This document shows, one piece after another, positions 19,347 to 29,007 of a DNA stretch of 64,000 bases. The stretch is from assembly GCA_964644525.1 (NCBI GenBank), contig CAZXWC010000001.1, forward strand, positions 7,489 to 71,488. The letters are read 5' to 3'. This stretch comes from an uncultured Peptostreptococcaceae bacterium. GTDB lineage: Bacteria; Bacillota; Clostridia; Peptostreptococcales; BM714. The notes under the pieces are model-generated. The model did not search any database. It was not told the origin of the DNA and was given only the letters and a program-made list of their open reading frames with translations. The first letter of the stretch is position 1. The number at the start of each line of letters is the position of its first letter. Both the position numbers and the translations under genes were made by a program.

Positions 19347-20723
19347 ATGGAAGCTTTTAATGCTCTAATTGGTCAAATTGGCTCATTCGCATGGGGACCT
19401 GTAATGATCGTGTTCTTGGTAGGAACAGGATTTGTTCTCACAATTGGAACAAGGGTTGTTCAGTTCAGAAGAATGAAATTCGCATTTAAACTTTTATTTT
19501 CTAAAGAAGCAATGGGCGATGGAGACATAACTCCATTCCAAGCTCTTATGACTTCACTTGCTGCAACAATCGGTACTGGTAACATCGCAGGTGTTGCAAC
19601 AGCCTTGGCAGTCGGTGGACCCGGAGCCATATTCTGGATGTGGATAACTGCAGCTGTTGGTGGAGCAACAAAATACGGTGAAGCCGTACTTGCCATCAAA
19701 TACAGACAAACAAACGATAAAGGTGAAAAATCCGGTGGACCTATGTACTATGCATGGAAAGGCATGGAAGACAAGTTCGGTGGAAACTGGAAATGGCTCG
19801 GAGGAGCTTTCGCTGTATTCGGATTTATCGCTTCTTTCGGAATCGGCAACATGGTTCAATCGAATTCAGTTGCTGCAGCAATGGATGAAACAATCGGCTT
19901 AAGCCCTGTCATTTCAGGTGCCGTCATCGCTGTTCTTACTGCACTCGTTATACTAGGAGGAATCAAAAGTATTGGAAGAGTTACCGAAAAAATTGTTCCG
20001 GTAATGGCCATAATATATGTACTCGGATCGCTTTTCATACTTTTCACGAACGCTGGAAAAGTTGGAGTTGCATTCGGAATGATATTCTCTAACGCATTCA
20101 ACGCAAACGCTGTAAGCGGCGGATTCGTTGGAACCGTAATACGTATGGGTGTTGCTCGTGGTGTGTTCTCTAATGAAGCAGGACTAGGTTCAGCTCCTAT
20201 AGCACACGCAGCCTCCAAAAATGATAATCCTATAACTCAAGGAATTATTGCCTCTCTGGGTTCTTTCCTTGACACTATAGTAGTATGCTCAATGACTGCG
20301 CTGGTAATATTGGTTTCAGGACTCCTTACATTCGACGCGAACGGATTGATGTCTGTTACTGACGAACTCACAGGCGCGGCACTTACTTCAAGGGCCTTTG
20401 GTATCGCAATGCCTGGATTCGGATCCTTCATAGTGTCATTCGGCCTGATGTTCTTCGCTTTCTCGACCATCTTGGGTTGGTACTACTATGGATCTAAATG
20501 TGCTGAATTCCTCTTCGGCCTCAAAGCTGAAATGCCTTACAAATGGGCTTGGGTTATTCTCACATACGTAGGCGCCACTATTCCTCTTGGATTCGTTTGG
20601 AGTATTTCAGACGCATTTAACGGACTTATGGCTATGCCAAACCTTGTTGCTCTTCTCGCACTTAGCGGATCCATCTTCAAATGGACCAAAGAGTATGAGG
20701 AAAAGGAAAAGCTTAGCGCTTAG
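19347..20723 (+). CDS. Alanine/glycine:cation symporter (AGCS family)
   Basis: 458 aa polytopic membrane protein with AGCS-typical segments (ATIGTGNIAGVATA, GGPGAIFWMW, SNEAGLGSAPIAHAA). AGGGGGA SD. Confidence 0.9.
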   Translation: MEAFNALIGQIGSFAWGPVMIVFLVGTGFVLTIGTRVVQFRRMKFAFKLLFSKEAMGDGDITPFQALMTSLAATIGTGNIAGVATALAVGGPGAIFWMWITAAVGGATKYGEAVLAIKYRQTNDKGEKSGGPMYYAWKGMEDKFGGNWKWLGGAFAVFGFIASFGIGNMVQSNSVAAAMDETIGLSPVISGAVIAVLTALVILGGIKSIGRVTEKIVPVMAIIYVLGSLFILFTNAGKVGVAFGMIFSNAFNANAVSGGFVGTVIRMGVARGVFSNEAGLGSAPIAHAASKNDNPITQGIIASLGSFLDTIVVCSMTALVILVSGLLTFDANGLMSVTDELTGAALTSRAFGIAMPGFGSFIVSFGLMFFAFSTILGWYYYGSKCAEFLFGLKAEMPYKWAWVILTYVGATIPLGFVWSISDAFNGLMAMPNLVALLALSGSIFKWTKEYEEKEKLSA

Positions 20724-20732
20724 TTCAAATCC

Positions 20733-20765
20733 AAAAGCCTGCCGGAAATCCGGCAGGCTTTTTTA
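20733..20765. terminator. Bidirectional Rho-independent terminator (symporter / selD convergent)
   Basis: AAAAGCCTGCCGG-AAAT-CCGGCAGGCTTTT followed by TTTT. Confidence 0.85.
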
Positions 20766-20795
20766 ATTTGTTGCTTTTTCATTATTCATTCTTTT

Positions 20796-21842
20796 CTAAA
20801 AGACTTCTATGAATGTACTGCCTTTTTCCTTTACGTGTCCTATCAATGCGAATTCGAGGTTTAGGGTATACTTATACTTTTCCATCAACTTCTCAGCCTC
20901 TTTTTCCGGAAGACATATCAAAAGACCACCTGATGTCTGCGGATCATAAAGCACATTCTGTATGTCTATCGATACAGACTCGGCAAAAGACACCTCCCTG
21001 CCAACAAATCCCATGTTCTTGTAAGCACCTCCTGGTATGATTCCCATACTCGCCATTTCGAATGTCCCTTCAATTATGGGAACCTTTTTCGCCTCAATGA
21101 CAAAAGTAGTTCCGCTTCCCTTTGCCATTTCAAACACGTGACCCATAAGCCCGAATCCTGTAACATCAGTACACGCGTTTACTCCTACTTCCGCCATTCC
21201 TTCGGCTGCTTCACGATTCAGCGTATTCATGACCTTTATCGCCCTGTCCACTGCTTCCTTTTCAAGCAAATCAGCCTTTATGGCAGTTGAAAGTATTCCG
21301 CTCCCCAGGGGTTTTGTCAAAATCAATACGTCACCGGGCTTTGCCCCTGAATTTGTTATCACTTTTTCAGGATGTACGAATCCTGTAACTGAAAGACCAT
21401 ATTTGGGTTCGTCGTCTTCTACTGAATGCCCCCCTATCAAAAGCGCACCCGCCTCCTTGACCTTGTCCGCTCCACCTTTTAGTATTTCCCCCAATACTTT
21501 TATGTCAAGATATTTGGGAAAACCCACTATGTTCATAGCGATGACAGGTTTTCCTCCCATTGCATACACATCGCTCAGGGAATTTGTCGCCGCAATCTGT
21601 CCAAAAAGATACGGATCGTCAACAATCGGTGTAAAAAAATCCAGAGTCTGTATTATTGCATTGTCGTCGTTTATTCTATATACTGCAGCATCGTCTGATT
21701 TATCAAATCCGACTATGAGATTTTCATCATCAAACTTCGGCAAATCTCGCAGAACCTGCGATAAGGTCTCGGGACCTATTTTCGCCGCTCAGCCCGAACT
21801 TTTTGAAAGTTCCGTCAAACGCTTTACGCTTCTTTCGTCCAT
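20796..21842 (-). CDS. selD: Selenide, water dikinase SelD, selenoprotein form (in-frame UGA = Sec at codon 18)
   Basis: The ORF track shows only 20796..21743. The same frame continues upstream: ATG 21842 (GGAGG SD), [17 protein letters not shown][TGA 21791..21789][21 protein letters not shown]... The TGA aligns with the catalytic Cys of the SelD G-x-G-C/U-x-x-K-I motif. Confidence 0.85.
21747..21761 (-). promoter_or_regulatory. Candidate SECIS hairpin downstream of the selD UGA
   Basis: UCGCAG-GUU-CUGCGA is a perfect 6-bp stem starting 27 nt after the UGA. An alternative weaker hairpin, GGUC-CCGA-GACC, starts 12 nt after the UGA. Confidence 0.35.
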
Positions 21843-21854
21843 TTTCAATCCTCC

Positions 21855-22451
21855 TCAATAAATGCAAATAGATTCTTCCATGCCTAAATAGGTTTTTTCC
21901 CCTATCCCCTTAATCTCCATTAGTTCTTCCTTGCTTTTAAAACCCCCACATTCTTGCCTGTATGCAACTATGCGTTCCGCGTAAACAGGCCCTATGCCTG
22001 GGAGGTCCTCAAGCATAGACTTGCTTGCGGTATTAATATTTACAAGTCCGCCCCTTGTTTCTTCCTCTGTAAAGTCATCACCAAATGCAGGAATAATTAT
22101 CTTTTCCTGATCATATACCTTCTGAGCAAGGTTAATGCGCTTTTTGTCGGCATTTTCCAAAAGTCCGCCCGCCATTTCCACAACATCGAATACGCGTGAG
22201 TCAACTGGCAATTCATAAAAACCCTCTTCCACAACGGCTCCACATATGTCGACATATATAAATTCCGAAATTTCATCCTCGACATCCTCAAATGACTGTT
22301 CTGTCTGCTTTTCTGTTTCTTGCAAAAACTGCTGGCGAATCTTTGATTCCCGTTCCTTTTTCAATTTAAAGCCCCAGATTCCAACAATAATTATGGCTGC
22401 AGCCAATAAAATAATTGTTATTTTAAATCTGCTGTCTCTTCCGTCAAGCAT
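21855..22451 (-). CDS. comEA: Competence protein ComEA (helix-hairpin-helix DNA receptor)
   Basis: N-terminal TM segment and a C-terminal HhH region (INTASKSMLEDLPGIGPVYAERIVAYR). ATG 22451 has a GGAGG SD; the ORF-track start at 22502 is an extension. Confidence 0.85.
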   Translation of the reverse strand: MLDGRDSRFKITIILLAAAIIIVGIWGFKLKKERESKIRQQFLQETEKQTEQSFEDVEDEISEFIYVDICGAVVEEGFYELPVDSRVFDVVEMAGGLLENADKKRINLAQKVYDQEKIIIPAFGDDFTEEETRGGLVNINTASKSMLEDLPGIGPVYAERIVAYRQECGGFKSKEELMEIKGIGEKTYLGMEESICIY

Positions 22452-22581
22452 AGCAAATACCTCCGAAGTTAGTGACACAATAATGATACCACATATATCC
22501 AATCAAGTGTATATTGTCTTTGATGGAACAGCCGACCTTTTTCTGCTATAATTGTTAATTGTAAAAGAAAGAGGTGATCAG

Positions 22582-23901
22582 TTGGCAAATAAAAACACTC
22601 CATTAAAAAGGCTGCTTTTGACTTTCCCCCTGATGCTGTCTATTATGATTGCATTAACCCTTCCGTCTCATGCTTTGTCGTCATCCGAGATAGTCGGCGA
22701 ATCCGCAATAGTGATGGATTACGATTCAGGAGAAATACTTTTTTCCAAAAATCCGGACAAGAAGATGTACCCTGCCAGCACAACCAAAATAATGACCGCT
22801 CTGCTTTCCATAGAAGCCCTTGAGCTTGACACCAATGTTGTCATAGACGATGAAACACCCTTCACCGAAGGAAGTCGAATATATTTGTTTGCTGATGAAA
22901 TAATCTCAATAAAGGATCTTCTCCATGCCTTGCTTCTTGAGTCTGCAAACGATGCGGCAGTCGCTTTGGCCAAAGCTGTTTCAGGCGATGTTGAAAATTT
23001 TGTCGATCTTATGAACTCGCGTGCAAAGGAAATTGGCGCAATCAATACAAATTTTGCGAATCCCAACGGCCTTCCGGACAAAAGTCATGTTACAACTGTC
23101 CGCGACATGGCTCTGATTGCTCGCCAAGCTTACGAAAATGATGTATTTAAAGAGATTGTGCATACTGTCAACTATATTATAGATCCAAGTGAAAAACAGC
23201 CCGAATCCCGTTATTTGAAAAACGGAAACCGTTTCCTTTGGGGCCGGGGAAGCGGTAACCAAATTTACTATGACGGAAACTGGATAGACATAAAGTACCC
23301 AATTGTAGACGGAATAAAAACCGGATACACTATAGCAGCACAACAATGCCTTGTCACAACCGCCTCTAAGGGTGGTCGAAGAGTAATAACTGTTGTTTTC
23401 AAATCCAGGCAAAAGAACATTTACACTGACTCCCGCAAGCTGATAGACTTTGGGTTGGATTCTTTTGAAAACATTAACCTTTCAAACAAGGGTGAAAGAT
23501 TAATAACAGCTGATATATCCGGAGGCAAAGAAAAGACTCTTGAAGTTGTAAGTGGCGAAAATCTTATTCATACCCTCCCGGCAGGAACTCCCCCGGATGC
23601 CGTCAAAAGTGAAATCCATATTAACGAAAACCTAAACGCCCCTGTTGTAAAAGGCGACTTGGTAGGCAAAGTAACCTATTCAATAGACGAAAAACTCATA
23701 GGAACCATCCCTCTAATGGCCGAAAAGACCATACCCGAAAAAACATGGAAGGATACCTTGTCTAAACTGGCAGAAAGAATAAATTGGCTCGCAAGCATTT
23801 CAGTCCTTCTTTTTATCTATATCGCGCGTAGAACATATGTAACAGTAAAAAGACTTAAGCGGATTAAAGAAAGGAAGCAAAAAAACAAAAACTCCCGATG
23901 A
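22582..23901 (+). CDS. D-alanyl-D-alanine carboxypeptidase (S11 family, DacB/PBP5-like) with C-terminal membrane anchor
   Basis: Motifs SxxK (ASTTK), SxN (SAND) and KTG (KTGYT), plus a signal peptide. Likely TTG start at 22582 behind AGAGGTGAT. A TGcTATAAT -10 box lies at about 22545. Confidence 0.85.
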   Translation: MANKNTPLKRLLLTFPLMLSIMIALTLPSHALSSSEIVGESAIVMDYDSGEILFSKNPDKKMYPASTTKIMTALLSIEALELDTNVVIDDETPFTEGSRIYLFADEIISIKDLLHALLLESANDAAVALAKAVSGDVENFVDLMNSRAKEIGAINTNFANPNGLPDKSHVTTVRDMALIARQAYENDVFKEIVHTVNYIIDPSEKQPESRYLKNGNRFLWGRGSGNQIYYDGNWIDIKYPIVDGIKTGYTIAAQQCLVTTASKGGRRVITVVFKSRQKNIYTDSRKLIDFGLDSFENINLSNKGERLITADISGGKEKTLEVVSGENLIHTLPAGTPPDAVKSEIHINENLNAPVVKGDLVGKVTYSIDEKLIGTIPLMAEKTIPEKTWKDTLSKLAERINWLASISVLLFIYIARRTYVTVKRLKRIKERKQKNKNSR

Positions 23902-23923
23902 TATCCAACATCGGGAGTTTTCT
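23891..23923 (+). terminator. Rho-independent terminator
   Basis: ACTCCCGATG-N8-CATCGGGAGT followed by TTTCT. Confidence 0.8.
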
Positions 23924-23932
23924 CGGTTTACT

Positions 23933-24313
23933 CTATAAAGCCGCAATCACTTCAATTTCCACATTTACGCCCAATGGAAGCTTTGCAACTTCAACACAAG
24001 CCCTTGCAGGTTTATGTTGGCTGAAGTATGTTCCGTAGACAGTGTTTATTTTTCCAAAATCGTCCATATTCTTTATGAAAATTGTAGCTTTCACTACATT
24101 TTCAAGGCAACTTCCCGCGTCAATCAAGATAGTTTTCAAATTCTCGAGGCATTGCCTTGCCTCATCCTCAACTCCCGTCTTTACCAATTGACCCTTGCCT
24201 GGATCGAAAGGAACTTGACCGGACACATAAATCATTTCGCCGGCAATCACTGCATGTGAATAAGGTCCTACAGCCGCGGGCGCATTTTCAGTATTAAACA
24301 TTTTGATTTTCAT
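23933..24313 (-). CDS. ridA: RidA family reactive-intermediate deaminase
   Basis: MKIKMFNTENAPAAVGPYSHAV... with a family-typical C-terminus (PARACVEVAKLP). AGGAGG SD before ATG 24313. Confidence 0.9.
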   Translation of the reverse strand: MKIKMFNTENAPAAVGPYSHAVIAGEMIYVSGQVPFDPGKGQLVKTGVEDEARQCLENLKTILIDAGSCLENVVKATIFIKNMDDFGKINTVYGTYFSQHKPARACVEVAKLPLGVNVEIEVIAAL

Positions 24314-24342
24314 TTTTCTACCTCCTAATAGTCTTGTCAATA

Positions 24343-26799
24343 TTATTTTACTACAATATTGACAAGTTTCCCAGGAACGTAAATTAATTTCTTAATTTCC
24401 TTTCCTTCCAGCTCGGTCTTTATCTTGTCGCTTTCCATAACAAGTTTTTCAACCGCTTCTTTTTCCGTTTTTCTTTCAATTGTAAGCCTTTCTTTGACTT
24501 TTCCGTTTATTTGCACAACTATCTCAACAACATCGCGCACTGTCTTTGCCAAATCATATGAAGGCCAAGGCAAATCATGCACGCTGCCTTCATGCCCTGA
24601 TATTTCCCAAAGCTCTTCCATCATATGAGGTGCAAACGGAGCAAGCAGGGTCAATACAGTCTCAACAGCTTCCTTCATTGTTGCATGGTCGTATTCCATG
24701 TCCATATATTTGTAAGTTTCATTTACAAGCTCCATTACTGCGCTTATTGCCGTATTGAAATTGAAGCGTCCCTCAATATCGTCAGAAACCTTCTTTATTG
24801 TAGAATGTATGTGGTATTGCATTTCTTTTTCCATTGGGCCTTCAACAAGTCTCCCCTGCGCCGCTACATCTTCAAGCAAATAGTGGACAAGTCTCCAAAC
24901 CCTGTTTAGGAATCTGAATGAACCTTCAACTCCGGCATCGCTCCACTCAAGGTCTTTTTCAGGCGGTGATGCAAAAAGTATGAAAAGCCTTGCTGTGTCC
25001 GCACCGTATTTGTCAATTATCTCCTCGGGGCTCACTACATTGCCTTTGGACTTGGACATTTTTGATCCGTCTTTCAATACCATTCCCTGGGTTAAGAGGT
25101 TTTTGAAAGGCTCGGTCTCAGGTGACAATCCCTGGTCGTAAAGGAATTTATTAAAAAAACGAGCATAAAGCAAATGAAGTATGGCATGCTCCACACCACC
25201 AATGTATTGATCAACATTCATCCAGTATTTCGCATTTTCCCTGCTGAAGATTTCTTTGTCGTTTATCGCATCTGTATATCTCAAAAAATACCAGGAAGAA
25301 CATACAAATGTGTCCATTGTATCAACTTCCCTGCGGGCCTTGCCTCCGCATAGTGGACATGTGGTCTCAACAAAAGTCTCGCTTGTTCCAAGAGGCGAAT
25401 CCCCCTTGCCGCTGAAAGCGACATCAGTAGGCAGTTTTACAGGAAGGTCCTCTTCCGGAACTGCAACCTCTCCGCATTTTTCACAGAATACTATAGGTAT
25501 GGGTGCTCCCCAGTATCTTTGCCTTGAAATAAGCCAATCCCTAAGCCTGAAGTTTACTGTCCTGTTGCCTATGCCCGCCTCTTCCATATATTCGCTTACT
25601 TTGTCTATTGCCTCTCTGCTGTCAAGTCCATTGAATTTTCCAGAATTGATCATTTTTCCATTGCCTATATAAGCTTCTTCCATTTCTTCGGTCAGAAGCC
25701 TGTCTTCCGGAGTTATTACCGGAATTATTCTGAGTCCGTATTTCTTTGCGAATTCAAAGTCTCTTTCATCATGGGCGGGTACAGCCATTATTGCTCCGGT
25801 ACCGTAACCCATAAGAACGTAATTGGCTACATAAATAGGTATTCTTGCCCCATTTAAAGGATTTATGCAATATTTGCCGGTAAAAAATCCTTCTTTTTCG
25901 ATGTTTTCAGACGTCCTTTCAATTTCGCTTGAAGATCTTATCTTATCCATGAAAGCAGTGAAATCGGATTCGTATTCTGTTCCCTTTACCATCTCATAAA
26001 CCAATGGATGTTCCGGGGCAAAAACCATAAAAGTGACTCCGTATGTTGTATCGGGCCTTGTTGTAAAAACTTCCATGCTCTCTTCCATGCCCTCAATCTC
26101 AAAGGTCATTTCGGACCCGTAGCTTTTACCAATCCAGTTCTTTTGCATTGTCTTGACTTTTTCCGGCCAGCCTTCGAGCAGATTTAAATCATCCAGAAGC
26201 CTCTGTGCGTAATCTGTAATCTTGAAGTACCACTGATCAAGGTTTTTCTTTACAACTGTTGTTTCGCAACGTTCGCATTTTCCATTTACAACCTGTTCAT
26301 TGGCCAAAACTGTTTCACAAGACGGACACCAGTTGACTGCGGATTTTTTCTTGTAAGCAAGTCCGTTTTTATATAGTTGTACAAAAATCCATTGAGTCCA
26401 TTTGTAGTATTCCTCGCTGCATGTGGTAACTTCCCTGTCCCAGTCATAGCTCAGTCCCAATTGTTTCAGTTGTCGTTTCATCTCGGCAATATTCTGCTTG
26501 GTCCATATATCTGGATGTATGTTGTTTTTTATTGCCGCGTTTTCAGCAGGCAAGCCGAAAGCGTCCCATCCTATGGGATGAAGTATGTTGAAACCATTCA
26601 TCTTCTTGTAACGAGCCACTACATCGCCTATTGAATAATTCCTCACATGTCCCATGTGCAATTTTCCCGAAGGATAGGGAAACATCTCAAGCACATAGTA
26701 TTTTTCTTTTTCGACATCCTCGTGCACTTTAAAAATATTCTTATCTTCCCATTCCTTCTGCCATTTTTCCTCGATTTTATTAAAGTTGTATCTTTCCAT
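24343..26799 (-). CDS. leuS: Leucine--tRNA ligase
   Basis: 818 aa with HMGH (HIGH) and KMSKS motifs. Preceded by a T-box leader. Confidence 0.97.
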   Translation of the reverse strand: MERYNFNKIEEKWQKEWEDKNIFKVHEDVEKEKYYVLEMFPYPSGKLHMGHVRNYSIGDVVARYKKMNGFNILHPIGWDAFGLPAENAAIKNNIHPDIWTKQNIAEMKRQLKQLGLSYDWDREVTTCSEEYYKWTQWIFVQLYKNGLAYKKKSAVNWCPSCETVLANEQVVNGKCERCETTVVKKNLDQWYFKITDYAQRLLDDLNLLEGWPEKVKTMQKNWIGKSYGSEMTFEIEGMEESMEVFTTRPDTTYGVTFMVFAPEHPLVYEMVKGTEYESDFTAFMDKIRSSSEIERTSENIEKEGFFTGKYCINPLNGARIPIYVANYVLMGYGTGAIMAVPAHDERDFEFAKKYGLRIIPVITPEDRLLTEEMEEAYIGNGKMINSGKFNGLDSREAIDKVSEYMEEAGIGNRTVNFRLRDWLISRQRYWGAPIPIVFCEKCGEVAVPEEDLPVKLPTDVAFSGKGDSPLGTSETFVETTCPLCGGKARREVDTMDTFVCSSWYFLRYTDAINDKEIFSRENAKYWMNVDQYIGGVEHAILHLLYARFFNKFLYDQGLSPETEPFKNLLTQGMVLKDGSKMSKSKGNVVSPEEIIDKYGADTARLFILFASPPEKDLEWSDAGVEGSFRFLNRVWRLVHYLLEDVAAQGRLVEGPMEKEMQYHIHSTIKKVSDDIEGRFNFNTAISAVMELVNETYKYMDMEYDHATMKEAVETVLTLLAPFAPHMMEELWEISGHEGSVHDLPWPSYDLAKTVRDVVEIVVQINGKVKERLTIERKTEKEAVEKLVMESDKIKTELEGKEIKKLIYVPGKLVNIVVK

Positions 26800-26811
26800 T
26801 AAGGTACTCCT

Positions 26812-27049
26812 CCCTCATTAAAATCTGCAATAAAAAAAGCACCACTAGAAACAATCGTTCCCCATAGGGACGAGGTTTTCTCGCGGTACCACCCTACTTG
26901 ACAATAAAGCCCTCTTGAAGCCTGATAAAGGAAGCCACTCCTGTTTCGATGGGGCGAGTTCGGATTATTTCTGTGCCTGCTTCCAGCAATCGCAGGTTCT
27001 CTCTGACAGAAGAATCTTCCTACTGCTCCCCTTGTTCCATATTCAGTTA
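26812..27049 (-). promoter_or_regulatory. T-box riboswitch leader of leuS (candidate specifier CUC, Leu)
   Basis: The reverse complement contains the AGAGA box, a stem I with a distal TGGAA loop, GAA-CUC-G in the specifier-loop position (CUC at 26958..26956), the T-box sequence AGGGTGGTACCGCGAG (26880-26895), and a terminator ending GTGCTTTTTTTATT. Confidence 0.85.
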
Positions 27050-27055
27050 CTATCC

Positions 27056-27084
27056 ATTTTAATTATTTTACAGCAAACTGTCAA
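27056..27084 (-). promoter_or_regulatory. Sigma-A type promoter of the leuS T-box leader
   Basis: TTGACA, 17-nt spacer, TAAAAT on the minus strand, overlapping the 3' end of rsfS. Confidence 0.65.
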
Positions 27085-27469
27085 CATCCAATCGTGTGGA
27101 ACCGCTCCAAAGCTTTTCCAAACTGTAAAATATGCGTTCCTCCGGTTTGAATATATGTACAACAACATCTCCATAGTCAAGAAGTATCCAGCTTCCGTTC
27201 CTGTATCCCTCTTTGTGAGACGGAAACATGTCCATCCTTTTAAGATTGTATTCCACTTCATCGGCTATCGCCATTGTGTTTCTATCGCTTCTTCCCGTCG
27301 CGATGATGAAAACTTCCATTTCACTTGTAAGTTTTGAAATATCCAAAACTTCTATATCTGTACCACTTTTAGAATCAATCGATTTCACTATTTCTCTTAT
27401 TTTTTTATTGTCTATCTTAGACGCCTCCTTTTTTAACTGTCCCTTTTTCACTTGCCGCCAACAAATCAT
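27068..27469 (-). CDS. rsfS: Ribosome silencing factor RsfS (start uncertain)
   Basis: Conserved core DIEVLDISKLTSEMEVFIIATGRSDRNTMAIADEV...WILLDYGDVVVHIFKPEERIFYSLEKLW. ORF-track ATG 27469 has no SD and overlaps yqeK by 53 nt. A strong AAGGAGG SD sits 8 nt before an ATA codon at 27415. Confidence 0.85.
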   Translation of the reverse strand: MICWRQVKKGQLKKEASKIDNKKIREIVKSIDSKSGTDIEVLDISKLTSEMEVFIIATGRSDRNTMAIADEVEYNLKRMDMFPSHKEGYRNGSWILLDYGDVVVHIFKPEERIFYSLEKLWSGSTRLDVDSLL

Positions 27470-28016
27470 TTCTTGCGCATATAGTATTTATGTTTATAGC
27501 CTCGCCTCTGCCTATGAGGTAAATGAGCGTTTTGTCTATTGCCACAATCATCGCCTTGTCCAAATCCAAGAAAGCTATTTTTCTTATTTCTTCCACACCT
27601 TCGAAATTTCTCGAAGCTTCCATCATGTCCGACAGATATATTATCTTCTCAAGCTTGGACATTCCGACTCTTCCAAATGTATGGTTAATTATGGCGTTCA
27701 GAATGTCGGAATCGTCTATTCCATATTCTTTCTCGGCAATTCTTGCCCCGACTATACCATGATAAAGATTTAAAGAATCGCATACAGAAAGATTATCATC
27801 ATACAGATTTTCATTTTCTATATGCGTTAGCATTTCTTCATCTGAAAAATTTTTAGCATAATCATGAAATAGTGCAGCAGTTTCTGCTTTTTCCTTCGAA
27901 ACTCCGTGGACTTCTGCCAGCTCAACAGCCACATTCAGAACACCCATAACATGGTCAAACCTGGTTTTTTTCAAATTCCCGCTTAACCATTTTACAACAT
28001 CTTTGCGCTTAAACAT
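27417..28016 (-). CDS. yqeK: Bis(5'-nucleosyl)-tetraphosphatase (symmetrical) YqeK, HD domain
   Basis: 199 aa with an HD motif (AALFHDYAK). In the conserved nadD-yqeK-rsfS order. Confidence 0.88.
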   Translation of the reverse strand: MFKRKDVVKWLSGNLKKTRFDHVMGVLNVAVELAEVHGVSKEKAETAALFHDYAKNFSDEEMLTHIENENLYDDNLSVCDSLNLYHGIVGARIAEKEYGIDDSDILNAIINHTFGRVGMSKLEKIIYLSDMMEASRNFEGVEEIRKIAFLDLDKAMIVAIDKTLIYLIGRGEAININTICARNDLLAASEKGTVKKGGV

Positions 28017-28668
28017 CCTTGCTCTCCGAATACAATCCGCTCTTCATTATATAGTGTTCCACCGCTTCAGGAAGCAAATATTTTATCGGCCTGTTGCAAG
28101 CGATTCTATTCCTTATGTCCGTGGATGAAATGTCCACAGCCGATACCGTCATGGTCTGAATATCGGCGGAATAGGTGTTTTTATAATACTCTATCATAAA
28201 AGACATGTTGCTATTTGTCACACCGGGTCTTGTGGCTGCTATGAATTTGCACATCTTAAGCAATTCAGCCGGTTCTTTCCATGATTCGATTGTATTTATT
28301 GCATCCGCCCCGATTATGAAATAAAACTCCACGTTTTTATCGATGTATTTTTTCTTTAGTTGCCTCATGGTCTCAATTGTATACGAAACTTCCTTCTTGT
28401 CTATCTCGAAGCGCGAAACATCCAAGTATGGATTGGTCATCGTGGCAAGCAAAATCATTAAATATCGATGTTCTCCCTTTGTTATTCTGAGTCCCCTCTT
28501 GTGTGGGGGTATCCCAACTGGAACGAAGATAACCTTGTCAAGATTATAGTTTTGCCTAATCTGTTCAGCTATAACAAGATGTCCATAATGAATGGGATCG
28601 AATGTGCCACCCATTATGCCTATTTTGTATTTTTTATCGTCCTCCAGCACCAATTGATTTTTAAACAT
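28009..28668 (-). CDS. nadD: Nicotinate-nucleotide adenylyltransferase
   Basis: GIMGGTFDPIHYGH motif. GGAGG SD. Confidence 0.93.
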   Translation of the reverse strand: MFKNQLVLEDDKKYKIGIMGGTFDPIHYGHLVIAEQIRQNYNLDKVIFVPVGIPPHKRGLRITKGEHRYLMILLATMTNPYLDVSRFEIDKKEVSYTIETMRQLKKKYIDKNVEFYFIIGADAINTIESWKEPAELLKMCKFIAATRPGVTNSNMSFMIEYYKNTYSADIQTMTVSAVDISSTDIRNRIACNRPIKYLLPEAVEHYIMKSGLYSESKDV

Positions 28669-28707
28669 TCAATCCTCCGCGAAAAATAAATTTTCTAATG
28701 AAAAAGT

Positions 28708-28995
28708 CTACGGCAGTTCAATGGTCTTATTATCTTTTGATTCTCTGTATATAACGAATTTCCTTCCTATCGACTGTACGAATTCCGCTTTCAATGCTTC
28801 TGCGGCTTCATTTGCAGCTTCCTTTGCCGATAATTGGCAATTTTCAAGCACATGCACTTTTACAATCTCTCTCGCTTCAAGAATTTGATCCAATTGAAGC
28901 AAAACCGCATCGCTTATCCCTTCTTTTCCTATCTGAGCTTTTGTCGCAAGCCCGTTGGCCATGGCTTTAAGATAACTTCTTTGTTTGCCAGTCAT
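28708..28995 (-). CDS. yhbY: RNA-binding protein YhbY (CRM domain)
   Basis: 95 aa: MTGKQRSYLKAMANGL...IGKEGISDAVLLQLDQILEAREIVKVHV. Sits between obg and nadD. Confidence 0.88.
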   Translation of the reverse strand: MTGKQRSYLKAMANGLATKAQIGKEGISDAVLLQLDQILEAREIVKVHVLENCQLSAKEAANEAAEALKAEFVQSIGRKFVIYRESKDNKTIELP

Positions 28996-29007
28996 TCATA
29001 CACCCCC

